Positions 1-10,361 are shown, counted from the first letter of the stretch. The stretch is DNA of 64,000 nt from an uncultured virus (IMG/VR IMGVR_UViG_3300047548_000808) (IMGVR_UViG_3300047548_000808); one strand, 5' to 3'. Notes: generated by a model from the sequence alone, not told the origin. A program made the numbers and translations.

Positions 1-1
1 G

Positions 2-385
2 TATTTCCCGTCAGCCGAGGGATTGCAGTCGCGCAGCCTGACGGACGCGCTTTTGACGGCCGGGTTTACGGGTGGGCGGTCTACGATCCTGCCGCAGACA
101 TTCCGGGCCGACTACCGGCGCAACCCCGCCGAAAAAATGATCATGCCCGCAATCGCGCATTTGTGGTCCTCCACAAACGAGGCGGCAAATATCGCAGCAA
201 TCGTGGCACAGATTGACAATTGCGCTCTGCGTGGACTGTCTGCCTGCCTTGTTTTCCATCAGGTCGTTACCACCCCGACCACAGGCATCCAAATCACGGC
301 GGCAAATCTCACGACGATTCTGGACCGCGTGGCGTACTGGTGTTCACGCGGGTATCTGCGCAATGTTTTTGCGCACGAGCAGTAA
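2..385 (+). CDS. 3' part of a CDS running off the window edge; possibly a polysaccharide deacetylase-like domain of a tail-associated protein
   Basis: Frame is open from position 2 (YFPSAEGLQ...) to TAA at 383-385; LVFHQV motif; visibly GC-richer than the rest of the window. Confidence 0.4.
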   Translation, partial: YFPSAEGLQSRSLTDALLTAGFTGGRSTILPQTFRADYRRNPAEKMIMPAIAHLWSSTNEAANIAAIVAQIDNCALRGLSACLVFHQVVTTPTTGIQITAANLTTILDRVAYWCSRGYLRNVFAHEQ

Positions 386-426
386 TCCCCTGCCGGTGGG
401 GAGTTCTGAGTATTGAGTTTTAAAGC

Positions 427-464
427 AAAGAGTGGCTGAGTAATTAATTACTCAGCCACTCTTT
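427..464. terminator. Bidirectional Rho-independent terminator; perfect 38-bp palindrome
   Basis: aaagagtggctgagtaatt|aattactcagccactcttt between convergent genes. Confidence 0.85.
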
Positions 465-1439
465 TTATTTCAGAATTAGTTTCTTATACTTACGGGCACC
501 TAGCCCACGATCGTCTTCGTACACTGCAGTCATATCTGCGTGCTTATGTCCAAGCAGAGTCTGGGTGTCTAATCCCTGCTTTTGATACATGCGAGCTGAT
601 AAAGACCGAATTTCATGTAGACTAGGACGCTCACCAGGAAGAAAGTCTTCTTCATCAGTTACAGCCTTCAAGCACTCCATAAAACGTATACTTAAGGAAG
701 ACAACTCAAGAGCATCGCCGTTAGCTTTACGTAGAATGTGATCTCCAAGAATACCGTACTTTTTACTTCGTTCAATAACGTCCCCGAGCGTAAGGTTTAA
801 AGCATCCAACCTTAGGTTTAATGGCAAAGCAATCCGTGCTCCGTACCCTTTACCCGCTTGTTTTTGTTGTTCTATATACAAGTATCCGTCTTTTACATCT
901 GAGTATTTCATTTTAGCCAAGTCTGCTCTACGTTGCCCTGTTATTACTCCTAGTAATAGCATTATATGAACCCAGCGTTGAGCGTGTTCTAGTTTAGCAT
1001 AAAAATACATCTTCTTCCAGTTCAGATAGCTCAAACGCTTTCTCTGTACACTAACTCTAAAGTTCTTTATATGCAGAGCCGGGTTAGTTTCAACGTAGTT
1101 ATTAGCTATAGCCTCCTGATATACTTGACGCAGCTCAGCAAGAATTCGTTGCGCAGTGGATGGATGAGTTGTTCTAATATCTTTTAGTGCTGCAGCAATT
1201 TCAAATGGTTTTAATTTATCTAGCGCTACAATTCCCCACAGACATCGTATATGCTTAAATATAGCTCTTCTATTACGTATAGTTTGCAGTTTATACTGAG
1301 TTTGTTCAAGAACTATGTTTTCGTATTGATCCATCCAGGAGTCTATTGTTATGATTTTGGATTTCTTTGAAGTCAAGTAGCCTAGACTAGTTCCGTTACT
1401 AATAAGTTTTAATAGAGCTTTGAGTTGTTTCTTTTTCAT
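465..1439 (-). CDS. Tyrosine recombinase/integrase, lambda Int-like core; N-terminal arm-binding domain apparently short or absent
   Basis: Catalytic motifs TGQRRADL (R), SLHEIRSL (HxxR), LLGHK, and Tyr in TAVYEDDRG. Confidence 0.92.
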   Translation of the reverse strand: MKKKQLKALLKLISNGTSLGYLTSKKSKIITIDSWMDQYENIVLEQTQYKLQTIRNRRAIFKHIRCLWGIVALDKLKPFEIAAALKDIRTTHPSTAQRILAELRQVYQEAIANNYVETNPALHIKNFRVSVQRKRLSYLNWKKMYFYAKLEHAQRWVHIMLLLGVITGQRRADLAKMKYSDVKDGYLYIEQQKQAGKGYGARIALPLNLRLDALNLTLGDVIERSKKYGILGDHILRKANGDALELSSLSIRFMECLKAVTDEEDFLPGERPSLHEIRSLSARMYQKQGLDTQTLLGHKHADMTAVYEDDRGLGARKYKKLILK

Positions 1440-1496
1440 ACACCTATATGTATTCCCAATTTAATGTGCACTTACTACTAACACTAAGGAGCTAGT

Positions 1497-3908
1497 ATGC
1501 CAATAATGTCGCCAGGAAGTCTTTCTAATACTCAGGAAACCACGCAGCTTGAAGTTCTCGATGCGGTTAAGCGTACCGATGCTAGTTATGTATACGCAGC
1601 GAGCACAGATCCGTATGTGGCTAGCGAATGGAACTTATCAGGATTACATCCTAGCAGCGTGTTTCACGTTGAGAAAAACTCAAGTCAAAGAATAGCCGCC
1701 CTAACGCTAGATCCAGCTGTTCCAAACGTAAACTCTTGGATAGAGCATGTTGGAGCTGTTGAACTGCCTGCAGTATCTGATATACATTTAAGCATAAGCC
1801 AAAGGCTAAGAAACGATAGAGTAATATATGCACTAGCTGACGAAAGTTCTAGCATACCTGCATATGACTCATACACTATAGCTAGTATTAGTCAAACGGC
1901 TAGTACAGTAACTATTGTTTTGAATTCCCCATTTATATATCCACTAGGTACAGTAATAAGCATATCTAATATACCAGATAACAGAATATGTTATCAAGAC
2001 TGCCCGGTAGCTTCAATAAGTGAAGACAGCAAAACTATTACTATAACTACTACAAGTGGTGCTGCTATAGCAAGCACAACTATAGCAGCAATAAACTCCG
2101 TAGGAACTCTAACTGTATGGCACGACATACTAAGGGGTGGTGCTAGTAACGGAGTAGCTGTTGCATTCACATCAAGTACAACTACTCTCGCTGAAATATA
2201 TTCTAGGCGTAATGGTACAGATAGACCATCAGGGAGCCCATCACTGATAATTGGTGACCGACGTATAGCAGTATCGTCTACTGCACCGAGTAGACTTGCC
2301 AGTGGTGCAGGGTATGCACTTACTTCGGGCTCAGAATACAGGATAGAGATAGAACCTGGATTGGTAAGAGTTGGAGATAGAAGCTCAGATGCAAGTGCTA
2401 TGTATTCAACTAGAGCCATGTTAGAGTCTACAGCACCCGCTGGATCCGGTCCGTTTAAGAGACTAGTTGGAGCATCTAGGTCAATATCAGCCACTAGTGT
2501 AAATGCTAACATAGTATCTGTAAGTAGAACTACTAATACTGTAGTAGTCACGCTCGATAGAGATGCAGTTAGTGCAGGATTTGTAGTTGGACAGTACATA
2601 CAGGTTTACGGGATTGCTAATCAAACCCTATTTCCTAATACAACATCAGCTAATCCACTAACAGGGGTGTCAGGTAGTACAATTACGTTTTCCTGGACAG
2701 GTACTGCTGGTACTAGTTATGGCGGCTTTATATCAATACCTGCAGGTCAGATTGGTATAGGAGGCGCACTAAATATAGTTACGTCTGTGTCTGTATCAGC
2801 AAGTGGGCAATTAACTTTAAGTAGCACTACGGCTTGGGCCTGCTCTCCTACTGATATTGTGAGAGTACAAGGTGTTCGTAACGCAACTAATGGTTCTGAT
2901 CTTGGGGTGGATGGTTTATGGAAAGTTGTGCGAGTAGGCGCAGTAACTACTAATCTTGTACTAGGACCACTTGTAGACTACGCAAATAATGTAAAAAGTC
3001 CCGTTGTAGGTGTACTGGCATCCACAACATGTGGCGGCGGTGTACTACTTGCTACTACGGTTAGAGTGCATGCCTGGAGAGCCTACACAAGAAAAATACA
3101 AGAGGTTAGGATTCAGGGCCAAGGTATGCTAGTTACAGATAACGCAGTACCTGTAGCATTAGTGAATTCAGTTAGTCAGGGTTCCACCTTATCAGCAACT
3201 GGTGGTACATATGGATGGCCTGTTACCCAGGGTATAACTCAAATTACAGACATAGCTAGTGCAGCTCTTACAGCTACTACAACAGGCACAGCTGTTACGT
3301 ATACAAGCGTATCTGGTGGTCCCTGCGCCATACAGCTTATATATAATGTGACAGCAGTGTCTGGAACTAGTCCAACTTTAGACGTTAGAGTTGAAGTTCA
3401 GGACGATGGCGTTAACTGGTATACGTTATATGATTTTCCTCGCATTACTGCTGTAGGTTCGTATAGAACGCCAGAACTAAGAACCGATGCCCGAACTTAT
3501 AGGCTAATACAGACTGTTGGTGGCACTTCTCCATCGTTTACACGCTCAGTTATTAGAAATTCACTTTCATTTCAGCAGCCAGAGCCTAGATGCCAGATGT
3601 TTGATAGAACAGTGTCTCTAACTACGCTTGGAAGCACTACGCCTGCATTATACTGTGATGGTCCATCAGATGCACAGTTGTTTATTAGCATAGGAGCAGC
3701 TACTACACCTCCAGCGTTACAGCTTCAAGTAAGCGAGGATAATGGAGCGACATGGGTGTCAGTAGGAAGTCCGCTTGCTGCAGTTGCGAATAGTACAGTC
3801 AGAACTATAGTGACTGCTGAGTATCCAAGACACCTACGCGCAGTAGTAACAACCGCAGGATCAGCTGTTACTGCAAACTACGTGCTTATTAAAGCTGTTG
3901 GTGGATGA
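1497..3908 (+). CDS. Large Thr/Ser/Val/Gly-rich beta-structured protein; putative tail fibre/virion protein
   Basis: 803 aa with AAGGAG RBS; repeated beta modules (IASISQTASTVTIVL, IVSVSRTTNTVVVTL); adjacent to an SGNH esterase. Confidence 0.55.
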   Translation: MPIMSPGSLSNTQETTQLEVLDAVKRTDASYVYAASTDPYVASEWNLSGLHPSSVFHVEKNSSQRIAALTLDPAVPNVNSWIEHVGAVELPAVSDIHLSISQRLRNDRVIYALADESSSIPAYDSYTIASISQTASTVTIVLNSPFIYPLGTVISISNIPDNRICYQDCPVASISEDSKTITITTTSGAAIASTTIAAINSVGTLTVWHDILRGGASNGVAVAFTSSTTTLAEIYSRRNGTDRPSGSPSLIIGDRRIAVSSTAPSRLASGAGYALTSGSEYRIEIEPGLVRVGDRSSDASAMYSTRAMLESTAPAGSGPFKRLVGASRSISATSVNANIVSVSRTTNTVVVTLDRDAVSAGFVVGQYIQVYGIANQTLFPNTTSANPLTGVSGSTITFSWTGTAGTSYGGFISIPAGQIGIGGALNIVTSVSVSASGQLTLSSTTAWACSPTDIVRVQGVRNATNGSDLGVDGLWKVVRVGAVTTNLVLGPLVDYANNVKSPVVGVLASTTCGGGVLLATTVRVHAWRAYTRKIQEVRIQGQGMLVTDNAVPVALVNSVSQGSTLSATGGTYGWPVTQGITQITDIASAALTATTTGTAVTYTSVSGGPCAIQLIYNVTAVSGTSPTLDVRVEVQDDGVNWYTLYDFPRITAVGSYRTPELRTDARTYRLIQTVGGTSPSFTRSVIRNSLSFQQPEPRCQMFDRTVSLTTLGSTTPALYCDGPSDAQLFISIGAATTPPALQLQVSEDNGATWVSVGSPLAAVANSTVRTIVTAEYPRHLRAVVTTAGSAVTANYVLIKAVGG

Positions 3909-3910
3909 TA

Positions 3911-3942
3911 AAAAGCCGGGTAGCTATAGCTACCCGGCTTTT
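3911..3942 (+). terminator. Rho-independent terminator; perfect 32-bp palindrome
   Basis: aaaagccgggtagcta|tagctacccggctttt directly after the stop codon. Confidence 0.85.
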
Positions 3943-4186
3943 ATTTCGTGTACTAATTCAATAACCTGCTATGCGTGTTTATGTCCTAGTGGTGCTTGTG
4001 TCTAAAAAGCAAGGCTTTTAGATTTCTTTTTCATTAGTATATTTTTGTATGTATAAAACAAAAGGAAGTGCGAACTAAACTCACCATTCCTTTCAGCTAT
4101 AACACAATCTAACTAATAGTGCAAACAGAATTAATGATATTAACACAATTTAACTAGTCTTGTTCAACTTATATTGGATGATCTAA

Positions 4187-5500
4187 ATGAACATTCTTAA
4201 TCCACGTATTTTTCCTACTCTACGTACAACTCCAGTCAGATGTGCTACGTTTGGAGATTCTACTGCCAGCGTAGGGGCAGGTGGTCATGATAATGGTATT
4301 TTTGATGCGGCATTTCCAGCTTCAGGTGCTACTACCATAAACTATGAACTAGCAAAGTGGACTGTACACGGATTCTACCCACAAGCAAAGATGATTGCAA
4401 ATGGAGGTATCCCTGGAGAAACCACACCGTTTATGGTAACTCGGGATGCCGCCTCATATACTACTACGCGCAAAGCCATCATTGACATTCTTAACTTGTC
4501 ACCGAATGTAGTATTTCTACGCTGTGGTTCAATTAATGATTTGCTAGTCATTACACCTGCATCGTATGACGCTACAATAGCCCAGTGCTATAATAACCAT
4601 GTACGAATAATCAGCCGATTTCGTGCTGCAGGGGTAGCTCTTATAGACGTTGGTATATTTGGTTATTCTGGTACCGCTGCATCATATCCAGATCTTGTTA
4701 GATCGGCATTGATTACAATAAATAATATGTTAGAAGCTTACTTTGCTTCCTTGAACGATACTAGCTGCATTTTTATTAGACACGGTTTGCACGATGCTGC
4801 TGGATTCTTTATTCCAGCAGCATGTGATGATATTGGTGTGCATTTGAATATATATGGAGCTAGACTTCTTGGCGAGATAGAAGCGAAGGCTCTTGAGAGG
4901 CTATTTGGACCCTCCGCAGGTACAAGATTTCCAGGAACCAATCTTATTACAAATGCAGTCATGGGCCTTACTAGCTCAGTAGGGTATGGTATAGCCCCTA
5001 ACGGATATACTGCCACTGGAGGTAATGCTACTCTGGCTAATGGAAAGATTGAAGATATTGATGGGAAAACTTACTGGACTGTGGAGGTAACTCCAACAAC
5101 TACTGCACCATACGTAACACTGGCAATACCATTTACTCCAGCTAGTTATGGTATAGTAGCAAATGATCTACTTGGTTTTGAGATGGACGTACTGGCTACA
5201 AATATTGCTGGAACTGGAGCACCCCCCGAAACAGTAGGGCTGTATGTTCGTAATGATATTTATAAGACGGGTGCGGGCAGATTTATTCCTAGCGAAGCTC
5301 TATCTATTTTTGGAACCCTACCTGGAAAGTATAAAGCGCATACTTCTTTTGTGTACAGGTGTCAGGAAGCTAGTGCTGCGTTATCTGCTAGTAGTACAGC
5401 ATTGTTCTATTATGCTACTAATAGCCTGACGCCCTTCAAGGTAGGAATTGCTCATCCTAGACTGGTTAAGCTAGGTGTCAATACTACTCTTACATCTTAA
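4187..5500 (+). CDS. SGNH/GDSL hydrolase (esterase) with C-terminal beta domain; putative tail-associated deacetylase
   Basis: Block I TFGDS, block II NGGIPGETT, block III GSIND, block V DIGVHLN. Confidence 0.8.
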   Translation: MNILNPRIFPTLRTTPVRCATFGDSTASVGAGGHDNGIFDAAFPASGATTINYELAKWTVHGFYPQAKMIANGGIPGETTPFMVTRDAASYTTTRKAIIDILNLSPNVVFLRCGSINDLLVITPASYDATIAQCYNNHVRIISRFRAAGVALIDVGIFGYSGTAASYPDLVRSALITINNMLEAYFASLNDTSCIFIRHGLHDAAGFFIPAACDDIGVHLNIYGARLLGEIEAKALERLFGPSAGTRFPGTNLITNAVMGLTSSVGYGIAPNGYTATGGNATLANGKIEDIDGKTYWTVEVTPTTTAPYVTLAIPFTPASYGIVANDLLGFEMDVLATNIAGTGAPPETVGLYVRNDIYKTGAGRFIPSEALSIFGTLPGKYKAHTSFVYRCQEASAALSASSTALFYYATNSLTPFKVGIAHPRLVKLGVNTTLTS

Positions 5501-5611
5501 CTATTTTATAGTACTAGTTAGGCCAAAACTATAGGTGCTTTTAGTTACACAAGGATTTGGCTAAAAATTCAGTGGTAAAAGGTCTATATTCAGTTTACGC
5601 TGAAACCATAG

Positions 5612-5645
5612 AAAAGGGGGTTGAGCCTAGGCTCAACCCCCTTTT
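5612..5645. terminator. Bidirectional terminator; perfect 34-bp palindrome
   Basis: aaaagggggttgagcct|aggctcaaccccctttt between convergent genes. Confidence 0.85.
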
Positions 5646-6098
5646 TCATTTGTTAAACCAGTTAGATAACTTAATCCAAACGAACCTCCACACTGGCATA
5701 GTGTCAATGTAATTCCGTAATTTATTGTACTTGGATTCGTGTTCTAGACTATTTTTAGTCAGAGAGTGCTCGGCTGTAGATAGTTTATCTGTCAGTTCAT
5801 TGACACGAAGCTTTTCGTCAGCAAGTTGTTCTTTAACTTTAGTAAGTGCTAAGAACTCAATCGTATCGGCAAGTTCAGGATCAATAGCAACTAACTTATC
5901 AGGCTTTCTAGTTTCGCATAGACGATATACTTTACAGGCCACTTTTTCTTCAGGAACTTCTACCATCTCAGTATAATCACCTGAGAGGTGGACTAGACTA
6001 TTTCCAGAATGAACTGGAAACCTAGTAAACATAACGTAGTCACCTGTTCTAACATGCACATGACTAGTACTAAGTGTATATAGTTTCACGTAACTCAT
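5646..6098 (-). CDS. Hypothetical protein with C-terminal coiled coil
   Basis: 150-aa ORF in a closely packed minus-strand operon. Confidence 0.7.
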   Translation of the reverse strand: MSYVKLYTLSTSHVHVRTGDYVMFTRFPVHSGNSLVHLSGDYTEMVEVPEEKVACKVYRLCETRKPDKLVAIDPELADTIEFLALTKVKEQLADEKLRVNELTDKLSTAEHSLTKNSLEHESKYNKLRNYIDTMPVWRFVWIKLSNWFNK

Positions 6099-6099
6099 T

Positions 6100-6669
6100 T
6101 TATGCTCCAGCTACAATTAGTTTATACGCACTTGAACCCTTGTAGGTGCAAGCATTAAAACCTTGTTCACCTTTGACTACGATCTTAGATATGTGTCCAG
6201 AAGATAGTAAAGCATCTCGACTAGACTTACAGGGTACATCGCCATCGTCTAGCGGACCCTTAAGATAAGCAGCTCTAATACAATCCCGCATTCCAGAATC
6301 CATGGCTTGTACTTCAATGATTAGCTTAACCGCTTCTCTAAGCTCATTAGCGCTAGATAGCTCGATGGACTCATGGATTGCTGATAGCAACTCAGCTAAT
6401 GTAGGATTAGTTTTACCTACAACGATAGCATCCGGCCGCATAGTCTGTAGAAAAGCATGAATCTCGTGTATAGCTTCAACCGGATCAGTAAACGACTTAT
6501 TAAACTTATCCGGATTCGTTTGCCAGTATAGCCTGAACACTGCATCTACACTAGGCGCACTACCAACAATGTCTAGATGGAAACCTGTATTACGAGCAAG
6601 TTGAATCAGATCGTTAACTGAACTTATGTAGGCAGTTAACTTATTAGCTGTATTGACGGCTTTATGCAT
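6100..6669 (-). CDS. Hypothetical phage protein
   Basis: 189 aa with AGGA RBS; abuts its neighbours. Confidence 0.7.
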   Translation of the reverse strand: MHKAVNTANKLTAYISSVNDLIQLARNTGFHLDIVGSAPSVDAVFRLYWQTNPDKFNKSFTDPVEAIHEIHAFLQTMRPDAIVVGKTNPTLAELLSAIHESIELSSANELREAVKLIIEVQAMDSGMRDCIRAAYLKGPLDDGDVPCKSSRDALLSSGHISKIVVKGEQGFNACTYKGSSAYKLIVAGA

Positions 6670-6693
6670 GACTTATTCCTATAATATGTTTAT

Positions 6694-7014
6694 TCAGAAG
6701 CCAACAGGAGTTGGCAGACGTTTGGCTACGAAACGTTCTCCGTATGGAGAAGAATACTGGGTCTCATTATTTACTTCTGTGTTGAGCCTGAAAGAAGATC
6801 CTGCGTTTTCGAGACTACGATTGACTCGTTCTGTGCTCGTATACTGCATGAGTCGCCAAGGAACACGAACACTGCCGATGGTACCATGCCAGTACTTCTG
6901 AGCCTGTAGTTGCTCGGCAATATATACTAGTACTCTAGCTTCTGGGCTAGGGACAGCTAAAACCTGAGCTTCTACTTGTTTCAGGAAGGTAGCAGCTTGT
7001 GTTTCGTAGCTCAT
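6694..7014 (-). CDS. Hypothetical protein
   Basis: 106 aa with GAGG RBS. Confidence 0.65.
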   Translation of the reverse strand: MSYETQAATFLKQVEAQVLAVPSPEARVLVYIAEQLQAQKYWHGTIGSVRVPWRLMQYTSTERVNRSLENAGSSFRLNTEVNNETQYSSPYGERFVAKRLPTPVGF

Positions 7015-7584
7015 TATTTTAACCTCAACAGCATTTCAATATCTTTGGACAGAGACTCAATCCGTTCAGCAGCTGCTTGGATCAAATGATCTCGTAGCAT
7101 TCTAACTGCGTCTTCATCAGACCTATGCGCGTACACATAAGCAAAACCCAGGTTATTAAATTTTTCACCATAGTCTTCTCTGTCTCCGTCAACTGCATAT
7201 ACGTGTACATTAAACTTATTTCCAGACAGGTCTGGTCTGGTCTAATGCTGACAGCTTTATATTTCATTTATCATACCAATTAGTAGTTGCGTAGTTACCA
7301 TCAAACTTAGGGTATAAATGAACGTAGTTATCAATACCACTTTCATAGTTAAACACTGGACTATATAGCTCACAGCTTCTAGGATCAACTTCATACAGTG
7401 TAATAAGCTGGTTATATCAAATGTAGTGAATATTTTTGTCCTGTTTGCTAAGAACAAAGCCAATAATACAGGTTTCGCATACCCAGTCTAGGCCAGAACA
7501 GAATTCCAGAATAGGTTTAAACCTACCACTGTCAACGGCTTATAACTTAGCTAGGAAGTCGCTTGGCACTATTACTACTCTAGT

Positions 7585-8622
7585 TTACTTCTGCTTAGCA
7601 AGCCAAGACTCAGAGATGGCCTTGAAACTAAAAGAAGGATCCTTGATGGATTTAAAGACAAGCCCTTCGCGCTTTACCTTTGGATTCCAGCTTGGACCTT
7701 CAGCGTGTTTAAGAACATCAGCTACGTTATCAATACCTAGCTCCAGCAAGCTACTGCGAGAGTGGACAACTGGAACATGAATAAGTTTATCAAAAGCCTC
7801 AGGTGCAACCAGTTCCTTCAAACGACCATAAATATCCATACGCTCTTCAGCCGTAGCATAGCGTCCATCCTCGATAAACCAGACATTGAATATAGCATAT
7901 TTCTTTCCTACAAGCTTCTCATTATTACCTTGGATACCATCGCCAAATAGTTCACCCTGGAAAGCTACGTTTTCTCCAAGAAGTCCAAGAGCATCACCCA
8001 GCCCTAGCGTATCAAACATCTGAACGAAAGAACTACTCTTGTCTTCTAGCTTTAGTTCTAGGTTACGGGAGCAGCATCCTACTACGCTGTCCAGGTGATA
8101 AACTGTAAAACTGCTTCCATCTAGTTTAATCGTTACTTCATACTCGTCATTAATACGCTCAGGAGAAAATACAGTCCTACCTAGGTTCTGAATACGCTCG
8201 GCAGAAGTCTTGGGGATAAAAGAAGGAAAGTTGCCCTTGGCCTGTCCGTTTAGCCTAGCAGCTTCCTCATTAGAAACTTCATACTTAGTTAATTCAGGAA
8301 GACCGGAAGCAAACATGTTAACAGGCAAAAGCAGACCATTAGAATAAACGCCTTTTAGCTTTACTGTGCGTAGAACATGCCCCCGTACACCTTCAAACAT
8401 ACGGCTAGACTTATCCACCAGGAACTGCCAACGATTATCACCATCAGGCAGGAAGGTATCTGGTTCAAAATACACAGCAGAATCACCTACTGCATACTCG
8501 CCTTTCTTGACTACTACGGTCCATCCGTCGATGAAAGCTGTTTCGATAAAGTCTGCTCCTTCAATTGGTTCCAAAGCAGAAATGGTACGAACGGAAACTA
8601 GGGTACGTTCTTGAGCATTCAT
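7585..8622 (-). CDS. RNA ligase, DRB0094/Rnl2-like family
   Basis: N-terminal PIEGADFIE...GWTVVVKKGEY; motif I TIKLDGSS; FQGELFG; REGLVFK; FKAIS; start moved to the ATG after AAAGGA. Confidence 0.9.
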   Translation of the reverse strand: MNAQERTLVSVRTISALEPIEGADFIETAFIDGWTVVVKKGEYAVGDSAVYFEPDTFLPDGDNRWQFLVDKSSRMFEGVRGHVLRTVKLKGVYSNGLLLPVNMFASGLPELTKYEVSNEEAARLNGQAKGNFPSFIPKTSAERIQNLGRTVFSPERINDEYEVTIKLDGSSFTVYHLDSVVGCCSRNLELKLEDKSSSFVQMFDTLGLGDALGLLGENVAFQGELFGDGIQGNNEKLVGKKYAIFNVWFIEDGRYATAEERMDIYGRLKELVAPEAFDKLIHVPVVHSRSSLLELGIDNVADVLKHAEGPSWNPKVKREGLVFKSIKDPSFSFKAISESWLAKQK

Positions 8623-8780
8623 AGCAAGTCCTTTGTTGGTTAGTAACACCTACCCTTAACAGGATGCTGAAAAGCATGAAAAGTAGCTTTCTGGAAACCC
8701 CCAAACTAAGTAGATCCCTGGTGTAAAAATCGTTTTGGGAAATACGTGTTTTTGAAAATGTGCTAAGAAGGATTTTAAGC

Positions 8781-8883
8781 TAAGTTAGCTTCACTAAGTT
8801 AGCTTCACTAAGTTAGCTTCACTAAGTTAGCTTCACTAAGTTAGCTTCACTAAGTTAGCTTCACTAAGTTAGCTTCACTAAGT
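8781..8883. repeat. Tandem repeat, 14-bp unit TAAGTTAGCTTCAC, 7 copies plus a partial
   Basis: Direct reading; no spacers; non-coding. Confidence 0.95.
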
Positions 8884-9177
8884 ACGTTCGTAGTGCATAA
8901 GATTTTTGATAAGAATCACTCCATAGTATGTACCTGATGAAAACCACCCCCTAAACCCCACCTAGGGTGAAAATAAACTGCTAGTATGTACTAGCTGGAA
9001 ACCCACCCATCCAAAACCCCATGTGGTAAAATCTGTGTCAGAGAAATCATCGCCCTACCCGTATCGGAAAATGGCTTTTCTAGAAGTTTCAAGCACCTTT
9101 TTCAGACACGATTTTGGCCCTATTGACAGACCCACAGAAGCCATAGTATACGTCATTTTGCTTTCCAGACAAAAATT

Positions 9178-9202
9178 AAAGAATACCCAAATCCACTTAC
9201 AT
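9178..9202. promoter_or_regulatory. Conserved motif AAGAATACCC-N4-CA(C/G)TTACA, copy 1 of 5 (others at 9556, 10267, 12714, 14808)
   Basis: Five same-orientation copies, each about 10-13 nt from a terminator hairpin. Confidence 0.75.
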
Positions 9203-9213
9203 TCGTACAAAGC

Positions 9214-9250
9214 AAAAGGGGGTTGACACCATCACAGTGTCAACCCCTTT
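9214..9250 (-). terminator. Rho-independent terminator
   Basis: ggggttgacac/gtgtcaacccc stem with a U-tract on the minus strand. Confidence 0.75.
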
Positions 9251-9252
9251 AT

Positions 9253-9435
9253 TTATTCCTCCTCGTAGTAGGCGTCATCCTCGATGATGTATTCATCATC
9301 CCACTCCGCCCATTCAGCGAGGACTTCAGGATCGATTTCCTCCGGGCCGTCCTGTTCCCGCTGGCGCTTTCTTTCTTGCGCCTCCACCGCAGCCATATCG
9401 GTGAAGTAATCAGCATCGTAGTTGTTGGCAGGCAT
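9253..9435 (-). CDS. Small, very acidic early protein (60 aa, MPANNYDADY...)
   Basis: AAAGGA RBS; own promoter at 9488-9516; terminator downstream. Confidence 0.7.
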   Translation of the reverse strand: MPANNYDADYFTDMAAVEAQERKRQREQDGPEEIDPEVLAEWAEWDDEYIIEDDAYYEEE

Positions 9436-9487
9436 GTTATTTCCTTTCAGGGTTGGGGTTTGTTTAGGTGCTTCTGCACATGGTTCT

Positions 9488-9516
9488 ATTGTACTCTTTA
9501 TTTTATAGGAAGTCAA
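9488..9516 (-). promoter_or_regulatory. Sigma70 early promoter TTGACT-17-TACAAT (first of a minus-strand series)
   Basis: Similar minus-strand promoters at 9825-9853, 10096-10125, 10938-10966, 12211-12239, 12521-12549, 13533-13561, 14091-14119, 14739-14768, 15552-15580, 19376-19404, 20553-20581, 21620-21648, 22451-22480. Confidence 0.85.
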
Positions 9517-9614
9517 TAGGGCATCTGACGAAGGCATAGTTCTTTTTCAGAAAATAAAGAATACCCAAATCCACTTACATCAGGGAAAAGCGAAAGGCCC
9601 CGAAGGGCCTGTGT

Positions 9615-9786
9615 TTATTCTTCGATCTGCTCTTCGTCTTCGTCGTACAAATCCCGAGGTTTGCTGCACCTGTTTTTGAAAACCCCGTGCAGAGTATCGC
9701 TAATTCCATCCGGATCATCCAGATCGTAGTAGGGGACCGTATTCGCGGCAGATCACATAGGTCTTGCCCTTGTAGGTAACGTACAT
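9615..9786 (-). pseudogene. Small acidic-tailed early gene interrupted by a +1 frameshift at GGT CCC C
   Basis: The frame from the ATG stops after 23 aa; removing one C gives a 56-aa ORF ending DEDEEQIEE* just before a terminator. Confidence 0.65.
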
Positions 9787-9873
9787 TTCAGTTTTCCTTT
9801 CAGCAGGGGTTATTCCCTGAGTTCATTGTATAACAACTTCTACAAAAAGTAAAGGGGCCGAAGCCCCTCTGTT

Positions 9874-10059
9874 TTAAACCAGATCCTTGGTGCTGCTGTA
9901 CGCTTCCATCATTTTAGTAATGGCAGCGTCCATACGGGCTTCGTGCATCTTGCGCATACGTTCGTTCCACCGACGCACAGCAGGAGCGTACTTCTTTTGC
10001 TGGCGGCTGGATGCGCCGATGGTCTTGATTTCAGTGCGTTCGTTCTTGAGCTTCGACAT
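9874..10059 (-). CDS. Small basic early protein
   Basis: 61 aa; AAGGAAAC leader; promoter at 10096-10125. Confidence 0.75.
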   Translation of the reverse strand: MSKLKNERTEIKTIGASSRQQKKYAPAVRRWNERMRKMHEARMDAAITKMMEAYSSTKDLV

Positions 10060-10156
10060 TTAAGTTTCCTTCAGGTTGAGAGTTTAGGTGCTTCTATTTT
10101 ACCTCATTAACAGGGCTGTTGTCAAGAGGGAAATGAGTGCTCTAGGAATCAAACCT

Positions 10157-10338
10157 GAAGCGTTTTTACAGGGCAAAACGAGGGGTTAAAACGGGTTCAG
10201 GTATAGGTATAGCTGAAACGTGGAAGGATGCGTTTTATAGCGGTTTTCAGGGTGTTTTCAAAAACTAAAGAATACCCGATTTCAGTTACACCGGAGACGT
10301 GAAAAAGCCCCTTGACTTCAGAAGTCAAGGGGCTTTTT
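10157..10338. repeat. Long non-coding direct repeat (about 175 bp), copy 1, ending in a terminator hairpin
   Basis: Two near-identical blocks shared with 12604-12780; 5' part also found at 46738-46792. Confidence 0.9.
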
Positions 10339-10361
10339 GTTTTAGCAGATCGTGCAGTCTT

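Noticed and set aside
427..5645. Integron with attC sites
   Set aside because: The palindromes have A/T-tract flanks typical of terminators and lack attC R/L boxes; the recombinase looks lambda-like, not IntI-like
8781..8883. CRISPR array (also considered for 16745-16818 and 17129-17213)
   Set aside because: Units are contiguous with no unique spacers, and no cas genes are recognisable
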